This document shows positions 10,215 to 18,467 of a stretch of DNA of 64,000 nucleotides, piece after piece. The notes beneath the pieces were generated by a model that searched no databases, was not told where the DNA came from, and saw only the letters and a list, made by a program, of their open reading frames with translations. Each line of letters begins with the position of its first letter. The stretch's first letter is position 1. The position numbers and the translations under genes are program-made. The stretch comes from Levilinea saccharolytica (GTDB lineage: Bacteria; Chloroflexota; Anaerolineae; Anaerolineales; Anaerolineaceae), in assembly GCF_001306035.1 (NCBI RefSeq), contig NZ_LGCM01000055.1:1-64000 (forward strand), given 5' to 3'.

Positions 10215-12776
10215 CTAATGCTCCCTGGCTTTTTCGCGGTCTGTTTTTGCTTGATCGGAGCGCCCTAACGCATCCCACACACTGGCTCGATTTGAATAGT
10301 AGTTGGTATTTTTTGGATCCAGTTGGATGGCGCTAGAAAAATCAGCCGCCGCTAGTGAGTATTGATTCTTGTCATAGTAGCAAAGCCCGCGGCGGTTGAA
10401 AAAGTCCGGGTGTTTTGGATTCAGCTCGATGGCGCGAGTGAGATCGCGTATGGCGGCATCGTAATCTTTGGATAGCCGGTAAGAATTTCCGCGGTTGGAA
10501 TAGAAGACAGCCCTTTCCGGAGCCAGTTGGATGGCGCGAGAATACTCCGCGATGGCCTGCGCGTACTGGCCGGTGTCATAGTAGCAATGTCCGCGGTTGT
10601 TGAAATAGTTCGGGTCTTTTGGATTCAGCTCGATGGCGCGAGTGTAATCGCGTATGGCGGCATCGTAATCTTTGGATAAGTAGAATGAATTTCCGCGGTT
10701 GGAATAGAAGACGGCATCCTCTGGAGCCAGTTGGATGGCGCGGGAATACTCCGCGATGGCCTGTGCGTACTGGCTGGTGTCAAAGTAGCAATGTCCGCGA
10801 AGGTTGAAAAAGTCCGGGTCTTTTGGATTCAGCTCGATGGCGCGAGTGTAATCGCATATGGCGGCATCGTAATCTTTGGATAGCCGGTATGAAATTCCGC
10901 GGTTGAAATAGAAGACGGCATCCTCTGGATCCAATTGGATGGCGCGGGAATACTCCGCGATGGCCTGCGTGTACTGGCCGGTGGCTTTGTAACAAAGCCC
11001 ACGGCGGTTGAAATAGTTCGGGTCTTTTGGATTCAACTCGATGGCGCGAGTGAGATCGCGTATGGCGGCATCGTAATCCTTGGATTGGTAGTATGAATTT
11101 CCGCGACTGAAATAGATGACGGCATCCTCAGGAGCCAGTTGGATGGCGCGGGAATACTCCACGATGGCCTGCGCGTACTGGCCGGTATCAAAGTAGCAAT
11201 GTCCGCGACGGTTGAAATAGTCTGGGTCTTTTGGATTCAGCTCGATGGCGCGAGTGAGATCGCGTATGGCGGCGACGTAATCCTTGGATAGGTAGTATGA
11301 ATTTCCGCGGTTCCCATAGAAGACGGCATCCTCCGGAGCCAGTTGGATGGCGCGGGAATACTCCGCGATGGCCTGTGCGTACTGGCCGGTGGCTTTGTAA
11401 CAAAGCCCACGGCTGTTGAAATAGTTCGGGTCTTTTGGATTCAGCTCGATGGCGCGAGTGTAATCGCGTATGGCGGCATCGTAATCCTTGGATTGGTAGT
11501 ATGAATTTCCGCGGTTGGAATAGAAGACGGCCCTTTCCGGAGCCAATTGGATGGCGCGGGAATACTCCGCGATGGCCTGCGTGTACTGGCCGGTTGCATG
11601 GAAACAATTTCCGCGGCGGTTGAAATAGTTTGGGTCTTTTGGATTCAGCTCGATGGCGCGAGTGTAATCGCGTATGGCGGCATCGTAATCCTTGGATAGG
11701 TAGTATGAATCTCCGCGGTTGGAATGGAAGACGGCCTTTTCCGGATCCAATTGGATGGCGCGGGAATACTCCGCGATGGCCTGCGTGTACTGGCCGGCCT
11801 CCCAATAGGCATACCCTCGATTATTGAAGTACATTCCATTGGCAGGGTCCAGTTCGATCGCACGCGTATAATCACTAATTGCCTCAGGATATTTTTCAGC
11901 TCTGCGGCTGCATCTTCCTCGGGAATTATAATAAAGTGGCTTCTGAGGGGCACGCTCTATGGCCTGAGTGAGCAGCGAATAGGATGTTACCAAACTGCCC
12001 AGGGGGTGGTTCTTATCCACAGCGTTCATGTGGGCTATACCCAATGCGTGGAAATAGGCCGCATTGTTGGGATCTATTTGTTGGGCTCGACTTAAATCTC
12101 CAAAATAGCCCGGCCAATCTTTGACATCCAGTTCAACGCACAGATACCCTCGCATCATACCCCGCAGCCAAAATAGACTGCTGTTTTGCGGGTTTTGCGC
12201 AAGCGCCTGGAATAGTTCAGTTAGCAGCGGCCGCAGTTGAACCTGGGTGAAGAAATTGTCTTTATCGGCATTTTCGTATGCATCCTCCAAATAATTGCAT
12301 ACTTTTTCTCTAATTGCTTTTGAAAGGTTGGGGGTCAGGAGCAGCGACTGCCCTTTTTGTGCCACAGCCTGCCAATCTTTCATCAGCGCATCTAATTCAA
12401 TTTCGCTGAGTTTGCCGTCAAACTCTGGGTTCTCTTTTTGGGTGCATGTTCTACAAAGCACTGCACCCGGCACACGGTGTTCAAGGCACAAATGTGCCCT
12501 ACCGCAGCCTTTACAGCGAAAAGTGTCTTCCGGGCGGTTTAATTTTCCGCACTCTGGACACTCCACAGCATTTGAACCCGCTTGGGCAGGCATGCCCACT
12601 TGAATGGTACTGTGGGCGCCCTCGGCATTTTGAATGGCAAATCCGCTGATTCGGACTGCGGGTTGATCGATCCGGCTCGATTGAGGAACCGGATTTCCGC
12701 ACTGTGAACAAAAACGGGCGTTCTCATCAATTACTGCGCTGCATTGAGGACAAAGCATGGCGGGTTTCTCACTCAC
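10215..12776 (-). CDS. Tetratricopeptide (TPR) repeat protein with two N-terminal zinc ribbons; ~12 near-identical TPR pairs
   Basis: N-terminal CPQCS..CSQCG and CPECG..CKGCG. Then a repeated 68-aa unit AIRDYTRAIELNPKDPNYFNRRG.CY..TGQY.QAIAEYSRAIQLAPE.AVFYSNRGNSYY.SKDYDA. GTG start (revcomp cac at 12774-12776). Confidence 0.85.
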   Translation of the reverse strand: MSEKPAMLCPQCSAVIDENARFCSQCGNPVPQSSRIDQPAVRISGFAIQNAEGAHSTIQVGMPAQAGSNAVECPECGKLNRPEDTFRCKGCGRAHLCLEHRVPGAVLCRTCTQKENPEFDGKLSEIELDALMKDWQAVAQKGQSLLLTPNLSKAIREKVCNYLEDAYENADKDNFFTQVQLRPLLTELFQALAQNPQNSSLFWLRGMMRGYLCVELDVKDWPGYFGDLSRAQQIDPNNAAYFHALGIAHMNAVDKNHPLGSLVTSYSLLTQAIERAPQKPLYYNSRGRCSRRAEKYPEAISDYTRAIELDPANGMYFNNRGYAYWEAGQYTQAIAEYSRAIQLDPEKAVFHSNRGDSYYLSKDYDAAIRDYTRAIELNPKDPNYFNRRGNCFHATGQYTQAIAEYSRAIQLAPERAVFYSNRGNSYYQSKDYDAAIRDYTRAIELNPKDPNYFNSRGLCYKATGQYAQAIAEYSRAIQLAPEDAVFYGNRGNSYYLSKDYVAAIRDLTRAIELNPKDPDYFNRRGHCYFDTGQYAQAIVEYSRAIQLAPEDAVIYFSRGNSYYQSKDYDAAIRDLTRAIELNPKDPNYFNRRGLCYKATGQYTQAIAEYSRAIQLDPEDAVFYFNRGISYRLSKDYDAAICDYTRAIELNPKDPDFFNLRGHCYFDTSQYAQAIAEYSRAIQLAPEDAVFYSNRGNSFYLSKDYDAAIRDYTRAIELNPKDPNYFNNRGHCYYDTGQYAQAIAEYSRAIQLAPERAVFYSNRGNSYRLSKDYDAAIRDLTRAIELNPKHPDFFNRRGLCYYDKNQYSLAAADFSSAIQLDPKNTNYYSNRASVWDALGRSDQAKTDREKAREH
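10300..11900. repeat. ~204-bp tandem DNA repeats (>=10 copies, roughly 85-95% identity) internal to the TPR gene
   Basis: Direct comparison of successive units (e.g. ...ttttggattcagctcgatggcgcgagtg(a/t)(g/a)atcgcgtatggcggcatcgtaatc(t/c)ttggata...) shows near-identical 204-nt periodicity. Off-frame track ORFs 10619..10807, 11435..11623 and 11630..11827 translate identically. Confidence 0.8.
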
Positions 12777-13034
12777 TGGCTAATCAGGGGTTAGAACGAG
12801 GCTGACAATCAATAAAGCCAGGGTGCCTTACATGGTTTGGTAGGCCTGGCTGCATCCCACCTGTTTGAAAGAGGGAGCCAACACAACATCCGAGCCCACC
12901 CATCCATAAGGTGGGGTGGGGTGAGGCGGGTTTAAACAATCTCAATCGAGTGAATACATGGATCTCCCCAAGTTCATCGATTGTACTCATATGATCCCCT
13001 TTTACACCCAATAAAATCAAGGATGAAACAAGGT

Positions 13035-14231
13035 TTATCCTTCGGCTTTTTGGGCCCAATCGCTGTATTTTCGCAGCATGACTGCATCTGCGATGGGCTG
13101 AACCTGATCAAACGCCGTGCGGAAATCTTCCTCACTCAACGGCTCAATGCGGATATGGTAATTGCGTACCGCCTCTTGCCCTTGATCTACGACCGTCAGC
13201 AAATCAGGATTGGCACGTTGCGTCATGCTAGCAACCGCAGTCTGGCAAAGCTGTTCGATTTCCCGGCCGGCATAACCATCGGTGCGCCGTACCAGCTCGT
13301 CCATGCCCAGCGCGGATTTATGACCTCGTTTGGTTAAATGGATTTTCAAGATGGCTTTTCGAGCAGCAGGGTCGGGCAGGGGAACATAAATGCGGCGCTG
13401 AAAACGGCTCAAAATTGCCGTATCGAGAAGCCAGGGTACGTTGGTTGCCCCCATGGTTAAAACAAAGTTTTCATCCTCTTTGGTGGCTAATCCATCCAAC
13501 TCGGCAAGTATTGTGCTGACGATGCGCCTCTCGGCGCCGCTTTCGCCTGACCCACGGGGTGGGGTGAGGGATTCAAATTCATCTAAGAAAATTACCGACG
13601 GGCTCATCTTCCGCGCAGCAGCATATAAGGCGGTTATGAGTTTGCTGCTTTCTCCGAAATACTTCGAGAGAAGGTTGCTCACTTTCACATTGAAGAAGTT
13701 CGCATCCAGACTGCCGGCTGTGGCGGCTGCCAGCAGCGTTTTGCCGGTGCCAGGTGGGCCGTAAAGGAGCACGTTATGCCACGAGCTAATTTCTATGCCA
13801 TCGGGTTTACGAGCTAAAGCCAATCCATACGCTGATTTGATGGCTGCTTTAGTATCCTCTAAACCACCAATATCTGCCCAGCGCACACTGGTTTGTTGGA
13901 GCAAATTGAGCACTTCACTTTCATAGTCATCCGTGGTGGATTCTTCGGATGACCGGCTCGCCTTCGGGCCGCGCCTTTCTGATGGAGCAGGCTCGTAGGG
14001 AATGTTATTGTCTAACGCATGGGCTTTTTCCTGATAAAACTGGACACGCTCCATGCGCTGACGGCGCACAGCAGGATCATTAGCCGAGGATGCGTATTGG
14101 CGGTAAAGTTCGGCACACTGGCGGTACGCTGCTGCGGCGTCCCCAGTTTGTCCCTTGCGCAGCGCATCCTCGGCTCGCTTTAATGCTTTTTTAAACTCAG
14201 CATAAGCCATCTCACCGATATTGATCGGCAT
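13035..14231 (-). CDS. Vps4-like AAA+ ATPase with N-terminal MIT domain (meiotic-clade AAA; Vps4/katanin/spastin family)
   Basis: MIT-like three-helix N-terminus (AYAEFKKALKRAEDALRKGQTGDAAAAYRQCAELYRQYAS). VRWADIGGLEDTKAAIK. Walker A LLYGPPGTGKT. Walker B IFLDEFESL. TMGATNVPWLLDTAILSRFQRRIYVPLPD and TDGYAGREI closely parallel eukaryotic Vps4 ([38 protein letters not shown]). The C-terminal LRKYSDWAQKAEG resembles the Vps4 C-terminal helix. Confidence 0.85.
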   Translation of the reverse strand: MPINIGEMAYAEFKKALKRAEDALRKGQTGDAAAAYRQCAELYRQYASSANDPAVRRQRMERVQFYQEKAHALDNNIPYEPAPSERRGPKASRSSEESTTDDYESEVLNLLQQTSVRWADIGGLEDTKAAIKSAYGLALARKPDGIEISSWHNVLLYGPPGTGKTLLAAATAGSLDANFFNVKVSNLLSKYFGESSKLITALYAAARKMSPSVIFLDEFESLTPPRGSGESGAERRIVSTILAELDGLATKEDENFVLTMGATNVPWLLDTAILSRFQRRIYVPLPDPAARKAILKIHLTKRGHKSALGMDELVRRTDGYAGREIEQLCQTAVASMTQRANPDLLTVVDQGQEAVRNYHIRIEPLSEEDFRTAFDQVQPIADAVMLRKYSDWAQKAEG

Positions 14232-14245
14232 GAAAGCCCCCTTGA

Positions 14246-14944
14246 TTAGAATTCTTCACTATTCTCAGACTCTTCTTTTTTCTTTTTCTCATTTAAAGCG
14301 CGTAATTCAACGTCAATTTGTTCCTCGGTGACTTCTCCAGCTTCACGGGCGCGCTGCATTGCTTGCATAATGTCAAGAACGTCCTTATCTTCGCGATATT
14401 CCGGGGCAATCGAAGCGTTCATGGTCATGGCTCGCAGCAAGTCATCGAACTTGGTCATCTGGAATTCGCCATCCGCGCTGGAAAGATCCACATACCGCAG
14501 GACATCATCCATGTTAAGTCTGGACAATATCGTTTGACTGGAGGTTGACAGAATCAGCGACCGTTCTTTGATTTGAATCAGACCGTTGAGGACGCGCATC
14601 TGTTTAGACAGCGCTTGAAGCACCTGATCCAGACCAGCAGCCTCACCATCCAGGTCGCGAATTTTTCGTGCCAAAACCATCTGTTCGCGATCACTGGTTT
14701 GGCCCTGTACGCCCTCACCAAACAGTTGGCGTTTTCGCAATTCAATTTCACGCAGGCGAGCCAGGGTTTTCTTTTCTTGCTGCTCAAGCTGGATTTTTTC
14801 CATCTTAAGCGTATCCAGGGGGATATCTTCCAATTTGAGCTGGGCAGTTTCAGCGGGAGGGGGTTGAGATTTCGCGGTGCTGTTCAGCCAATCACGCAGC
14901 ATATTCTTACCAAATTCGAAGATAGGATTTTTTACGCCAGCCAT
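14246..14944 (-). CDS. Coiled-coil protein with Snf7/ESCRT-III-like organisation (basic N-terminal helices, acidic C-terminus with MIM-like LRALNEKKK motif)
   Basis: 232 aa. N-terminal half is K/R-rich helical (KMEKIQLEQQEKKTLARLREIELRKRQL...). C-terminal half is acidic (EDKDVLDIMQAMQRAREAGEVTEEQIDVELRALNEKKKKEESENSEEF). Lies 14 nt upstream of the Vps4-like ATPase. Assignment is by architecture and context only. Confidence 0.5.
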   Translation of the reverse strand: MAGVKNPIFEFGKNMLRDWLNSTAKSQPPPAETAQLKLEDIPLDTLKMEKIQLEQQEKKTLARLREIELRKRQLFGEGVQGQTSDREQMVLARKIRDLDGEAAGLDQVLQALSKQMRVLNGLIQIKERSLILSTSSQTILSRLNMDDVLRYVDLSSADGEFQMTKFDDLLRAMTMNASIAPEYREDKDVLDIMQAMQRAREAGEVTEEQIDVELRALNEKKKKEESENSEEF

Positions 14945-14970
14945 GAGTTTCTCCTCTAGAACATGATGGG

Positions 14971-16200
14971 TTAGTTGCGGATTAGCGCCATACCCAGACG
15001 GGGTATTTCCATGATGGAGTATGTATCCCCCTGAGCCATGCGCTGAAAAGCCAATTTTAGAACGCTTTTTGAAAAAGGCAGCGTGCGACCTGCCTGCTCC
15101 AGGGTCAGGCTGTCATAGACCAGCAATTCGTTGTTAATCGCACGGACAGCCTCAGCAATTTGTTCTGATTCTAGCAATGGTACGAAAAGCTCCGCATAGA
15201 TGCGGGCTCGATCATCTTTCTCATTATAGATCAAGTCTCCATTTTCCAGATCGAACAAATAGACCAACAAACGACGTGCGACAAAAGCCTGGCCGGGCTG
15301 TTCTGAAGCGGCAATCATCCGCCGAGCCGATGGATCCCAGCCGGTGGTCGAGGCTAATAAAATCAATCGAAAGCACTGCTCGGTGTTCGCCTCTTCGATT
15401 TGGCGTGACAGCCATGCTTGAAGGTCCTGACTGTCGAGCGGATACGAGTCAAAGCCATTGTTTGCGTGGGCTTGTAAGCGACTGATTGTGTTCACTTGAA
15501 TTTCTACAGGCGGGCCATCGGTGCCTTTGGGCTGGGGCGGCCGGGCAGTAAACCAGGCGTTTAACGGCATCTGTGCGATGGTTTGCGAATCCAAGAACAC
15601 TTTGTTCAAAAGGCGCATCACGTCGGCACGGTGATCGCCTTGTTCCAGGCAGGTTTGCCAGTTTTGAATGGTTATAACTGAACCGTCCAAAGGGTGGATT
15701 AAGGTGGTAATGCCGGTTAACCGGGTAAGGATGCGTTCGGTGAAGTTGATCTCGCGCAGGCGAGCTTCACCTGAGCGCACTACCAACGGAATCTCGCCGC
15801 GGGCCAATGCCTGAAGTGCGGTTTGAAGGCGGTCTTGAGCAGAGGGTTGATGACGGGCACAGAACCGCTTGCCTTCGATTTTGCAGGATGCACATAGAAT
15901 CTCCTCACAGCTTTCAGCAGCGCAGGTTGCCGCAATCTGGCTTTCGGATATAAGGATGCTGTAGCACGATCCGCAGCGCAGCACCGGGTGCAACGGAGTG
16001 ACTTCAGCCCTCTGATCCAAACGGCTCTCAGAAAGTACAGCTTCCAGGTCGCTGCGCCGAATGAGATATAACCCCCCTACCATGGAAGCAGGGATTTTGC
16101 CGGTTTTGATGTGGCGGTACACCGTGCGCGGATTGACGCCCAAGAATTGAGCCGCTTCATTTATTTTCAGATATTCACGAGGATCGTTCCGGTCTGTCAT
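14971..16200 (-). CDS. HTH (MerR/excisionase-type) DNA-binding protein with Cys-rich segment and large C-terminal domain of unknown function
   Basis: LKINEAAQFLGVNPRTVYRHIKTGKIPASMVGGLYLIRRSDLEAVL is a classic helix-turn-helix. Cys cluster CGSCYS...CAAESCEEILCASCKIEGKRFC. Start set at the internal ATG (MTDRND...) 30 nt after the predicted -10 box. Confidence 0.6.
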   Translation of the reverse strand: MTDRNDPREYLKINEAAQFLGVNPRTVYRHIKTGKIPASMVGGLYLIRRSDLEAVLSESRLDQRAEVTPLHPVLRCGSCYSILISESQIAATCAAESCEEILCASCKIEGKRFCARHQPSAQDRLQTALQALARGEIPLVVRSGEARLREINFTERILTRLTGITTLIHPLDGSVITIQNWQTCLEQGDHRADVMRLLNKVFLDSQTIAQMPLNAWFTARPPQPKGTDGPPVEIQVNTISRLQAHANNGFDSYPLDSQDLQAWLSRQIEEANTEQCFRLILLASTTGWDPSARRMIAASEQPGQAFVARRLLVYLFDLENGDLIYNEKDDRARIYAELFVPLLESEQIAEAVRAINNELLVYDSLTLEQAGRTLPFSKSVLKLAFQRMAQGDTYSIMEIPRLGMALIRN

Positions 16201-16230
16201 TGCGCCCACCTGATTGACTATTTGTACATT

Positions 16231-16258
16231 ATTGTACATCGTATCCCAAAAAAGTCAA
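16231..16258 (-). promoter_or_regulatory. Sigma70-like promoter (-35 TTGACT, 16-nt spacer, -10 TACAAT) overlapped by TGTACA palindromes
   Basis: Minus strand reads ccctcTTGACTtttttgggatacgatgTACAATaatgtacaaatagtcaatcaggtgggcgcaATG. TGTACA occurs at 16226-16231, 16236-16241 and 16278-16283. Confidence 0.45.
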
Positions 16259-16508
16259 GAGGGTATATGCACTTTTATGTACAATTCTTACATTGTTTTG
16301 ACCTTAACCATATTTTACCCCCTTAGAACGGAAATCATCACCGGAGGAACATTACAGTCTATTTACATTCATTGGAAGGACACCCATTCGTACTGCTCCT
16401 GATTCAGGTGCGTACTGCGATTCACATTGGTTTGTAGCTTTGCTGGAAATTCGCTGACGCTGACCTGGCGGTTGCAAATACCAATCGGTGGAGACACCCG
16501 TTCATTTT

Positions 16509-18374
16509 TCAGCGGGCACAACGGAAGCCGTTGAGGGCGTTCGCATTGAACGGGAGGTACCTGTAGCGGGAGGCAGCGCGGAGGAAGTTAGCACTGCCGC
16601 TCCACGTGCCGCCGCGCAGCACACGGTAGTCCCCCGCCTCTGGGCCGACCGGGTTAGCGGCAGGAGAGTTCTGGTAGTAACTATCCCCATACCAATCCGC
16701 CACCCACTCCCACACGTTACCGGCCATATCCAGCGCGCCGTAGGGGCTGGCCCCGGCGGGGTAACTTCCAACGGGCGCGGTATCTGGGTAGCCGTCACAG
16801 TTGGGCCCGCCGGGAACGGTGTAAGAATCAAATAGGGTTTCATCATCAAAATTGCCTCTTGAACAGGAGAATTCATCCCCCCAGGGGTAGATGCGTTTGT
16901 CGGTGCCGCGGGCGGCTTTTTCCCATTCGGCTTCGGTGGGCAGTCGCCGCCCGGCCCAGGCGCAGTAGGCGCTGGCCTGGTGCCAATCCACATAGAGGAC
17001 CGGATAGTTGTCAAACTGGCTGCTGCCGTAGTAGGAATACCGTGTGTAAGATGATATTTCCGCGCGCGGGGTGCATTTTCCGTCGGCCACACAGCGCGCG
17101 TACATGGCGTTGGTGACTTCGGTCTGGTCAATCCAGTAGGCGTCCAAGAAGACGCGGTGCTGAGGCAGTTCATCGTCCCGCGCCTGCGGGTCTGTGCTCT
17201 TGTCCGAGCCCATCCAGAATTCACCGGCGGGAATGTAGACCATTACCATTTCATCTTTGGGGGAGACCTGGGTGGAACCGATGTCTGGAGTGGGGCTGAG
17301 ACCTGTTTCGGGAGTTGGGCCAGTGGAGGCGGCCAGAGCGGTCTGGGTGCTGTGCAGGCTGCGGGTCTGCGCGCCGCTGATCCACCATTGGATCCATTGG
17401 CTCAACCCAAACAGCACCAGCACCGCGGCCGCCCCCAGCGCCAGCCACTTGGCGTTCTGCTGCCACCCGGCCTGTCGGCGCTGGCGGGCCTCGGCCTGCT
17501 GGCGTTCGCGCTGCAACTGTTCGCGGGCAACGTGCCGGCGGCCCGCGTGCAGCCGTTCGGCGGCGGCGCGCCCGTCCCAGGGGCGCTGCCTGGGGTCCTC
17601 CGCCAGCATGGCCGCCAGCAGCTCATCCAGCCAGGCGGGGGTGTCGGCGCGCAGGCTGCGGGCACGCGTGCCGGGGCGCTGGTTGTGGTAATCTCGCCCG
17701 GTCAGGGCCAGAAACAGGCAGGCGCCGAGCATGTAGATGTCGCTGGGCGGCTTGAGCGCCTGACTGCCGAAGTTGTGCTCCGGGCTGCGGAAATTGGGGT
17801 GGCCGGGATGCACACTGAGCAGGGCGCTGGACACGCCGTAGCGTTCGCTGAACACGCCGGGGACCTGAGCCAGCCCCAGATCGGCGAGCCGGGCCCGGCC
17901 GTCACGATCAAAGAGGATGTTGCCGGGGTGCAGGTCGCGGTGGATGACATCTCTTTGATGCAGGACTGCCAGGGCATCGGCGATCTGGCCGCCGATGCGC
18001 ACGACCTCAACCACCGGGATGGGGGTGCCTTCGCGGTCGGCGGCTTCGATGCGGGCAGCCAGGCTGCCGCCCGGCATGTACTCCATGGAAAGCAGCAGAA
18101 TGCCGTGATCCTCTTCGAAGTCAAACACCTGGACGAGGTCTGAGCCGTGGAAGAGCTCGTACAGGCGGGCCTCCAGCTCGAAGCGTTCGCGGGCATCCTG
18201 CAGGCGCTGGGGGGCCGAGAATCCGGGGGCATCGGCGCGCAGCACCTTGACGGCCCGTTGACCGTTGAGCTTGATGTGGGTGGCCAGGTAGACCTCACCG
18301 AAGGCGCCCTGGCCGAGCAGGCGTTCGATGCGGTACTTGTCGAGGAGAATGTCATTGGGTTGGTAAACGGGCAT
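16509..18374 (-). CDS. Ser/Thr protein kinase fused to C-terminal FGE-sulfatase-like domain (single TM)
   Basis: MPVYQPNDILLDKYRIERLLGQGAFGEVYLA, HRDLHPGNILFD, DLGLAQ. TM WLALGAAAVLVLFGLSQWIQWWI. FGE-like YWIDQTEVTNAMYARCV...NVWEWVADWY...RVLRGGTWS...GFRCAR. The track ORF start at 18431 is an upstream extension; the true ATG is at 18372-18374 by homology to the 23504 paralog. Confidence 0.85.
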   Translation of the reverse strand: MPVYQPNDILLDKYRIERLLGQGAFGEVYLATHIKLNGQRAVKVLRADAPGFSAPQRLQDARERFELEARLYELFHGSDLVQVFDFEEDHGILLLSMEYMPGGSLAARIEAADREGTPIPVVEVVRIGGQIADALAVLHQRDVIHRDLHPGNILFDRDGRARLADLGLAQVPGVFSERYGVSSALLSVHPGHPNFRSPEHNFGSQALKPPSDIYMLGACLFLALTGRDYHNQRPGTRARSLRADTPAWLDELLAAMLAEDPRQRPWDGRAAAERLHAGRRHVAREQLQRERQQAEARQRRQAGWQQNAKWLALGAAAVLVLFGLSQWIQWWISGAQTRSLHSTQTALAASTGPTPETGLSPTPDIGSTQVSPKDEMVMVYIPAGEFWMGSDKSTDPQARDDELPQHRVFLDAYWIDQTEVTNAMYARCVADGKCTPRAEISSYTRYSYYGSSQFDNYPVLYVDWHQASAYCAWAGRRLPTEAEWEKAARGTDKRIYPWGDEFSCSRGNFDDETLFDSYTVPGGPNCDGYPDTAPVGSYPAGASPYGALDMAGNVWEWVADWYGDSYYQNSPAANPVGPEAGDYRVLRGGTWSGSANFLRAASRYRYLPFNANALNGFRCAR

Positions 18375-18467
18375 GCGGGTCCCCCTGGGGGTGAAGTGGA
18401 TATCGATATTGTACAGGCAAATCGCGGTCATGGGCTCCTCATAGACGAGCCCACGTGGATTAGGTTA

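Noticed and set aside
12784-13059. 91-aa ORF between the Vps4-like and TPR genes
   Set aside because: No motifs, odd composition, and it partly overlaps the Vps4 gene end. More likely non-coding promoter or UTR space for the TPR gene.
16502-17224. 240-aa ORF overlapping the kinase-FGE gene in another frame
   Set aside because: Pro/Thr/Ala/Arg-rich frame artefact. The kinase-FGE reading frame carries all recognisable motifs.
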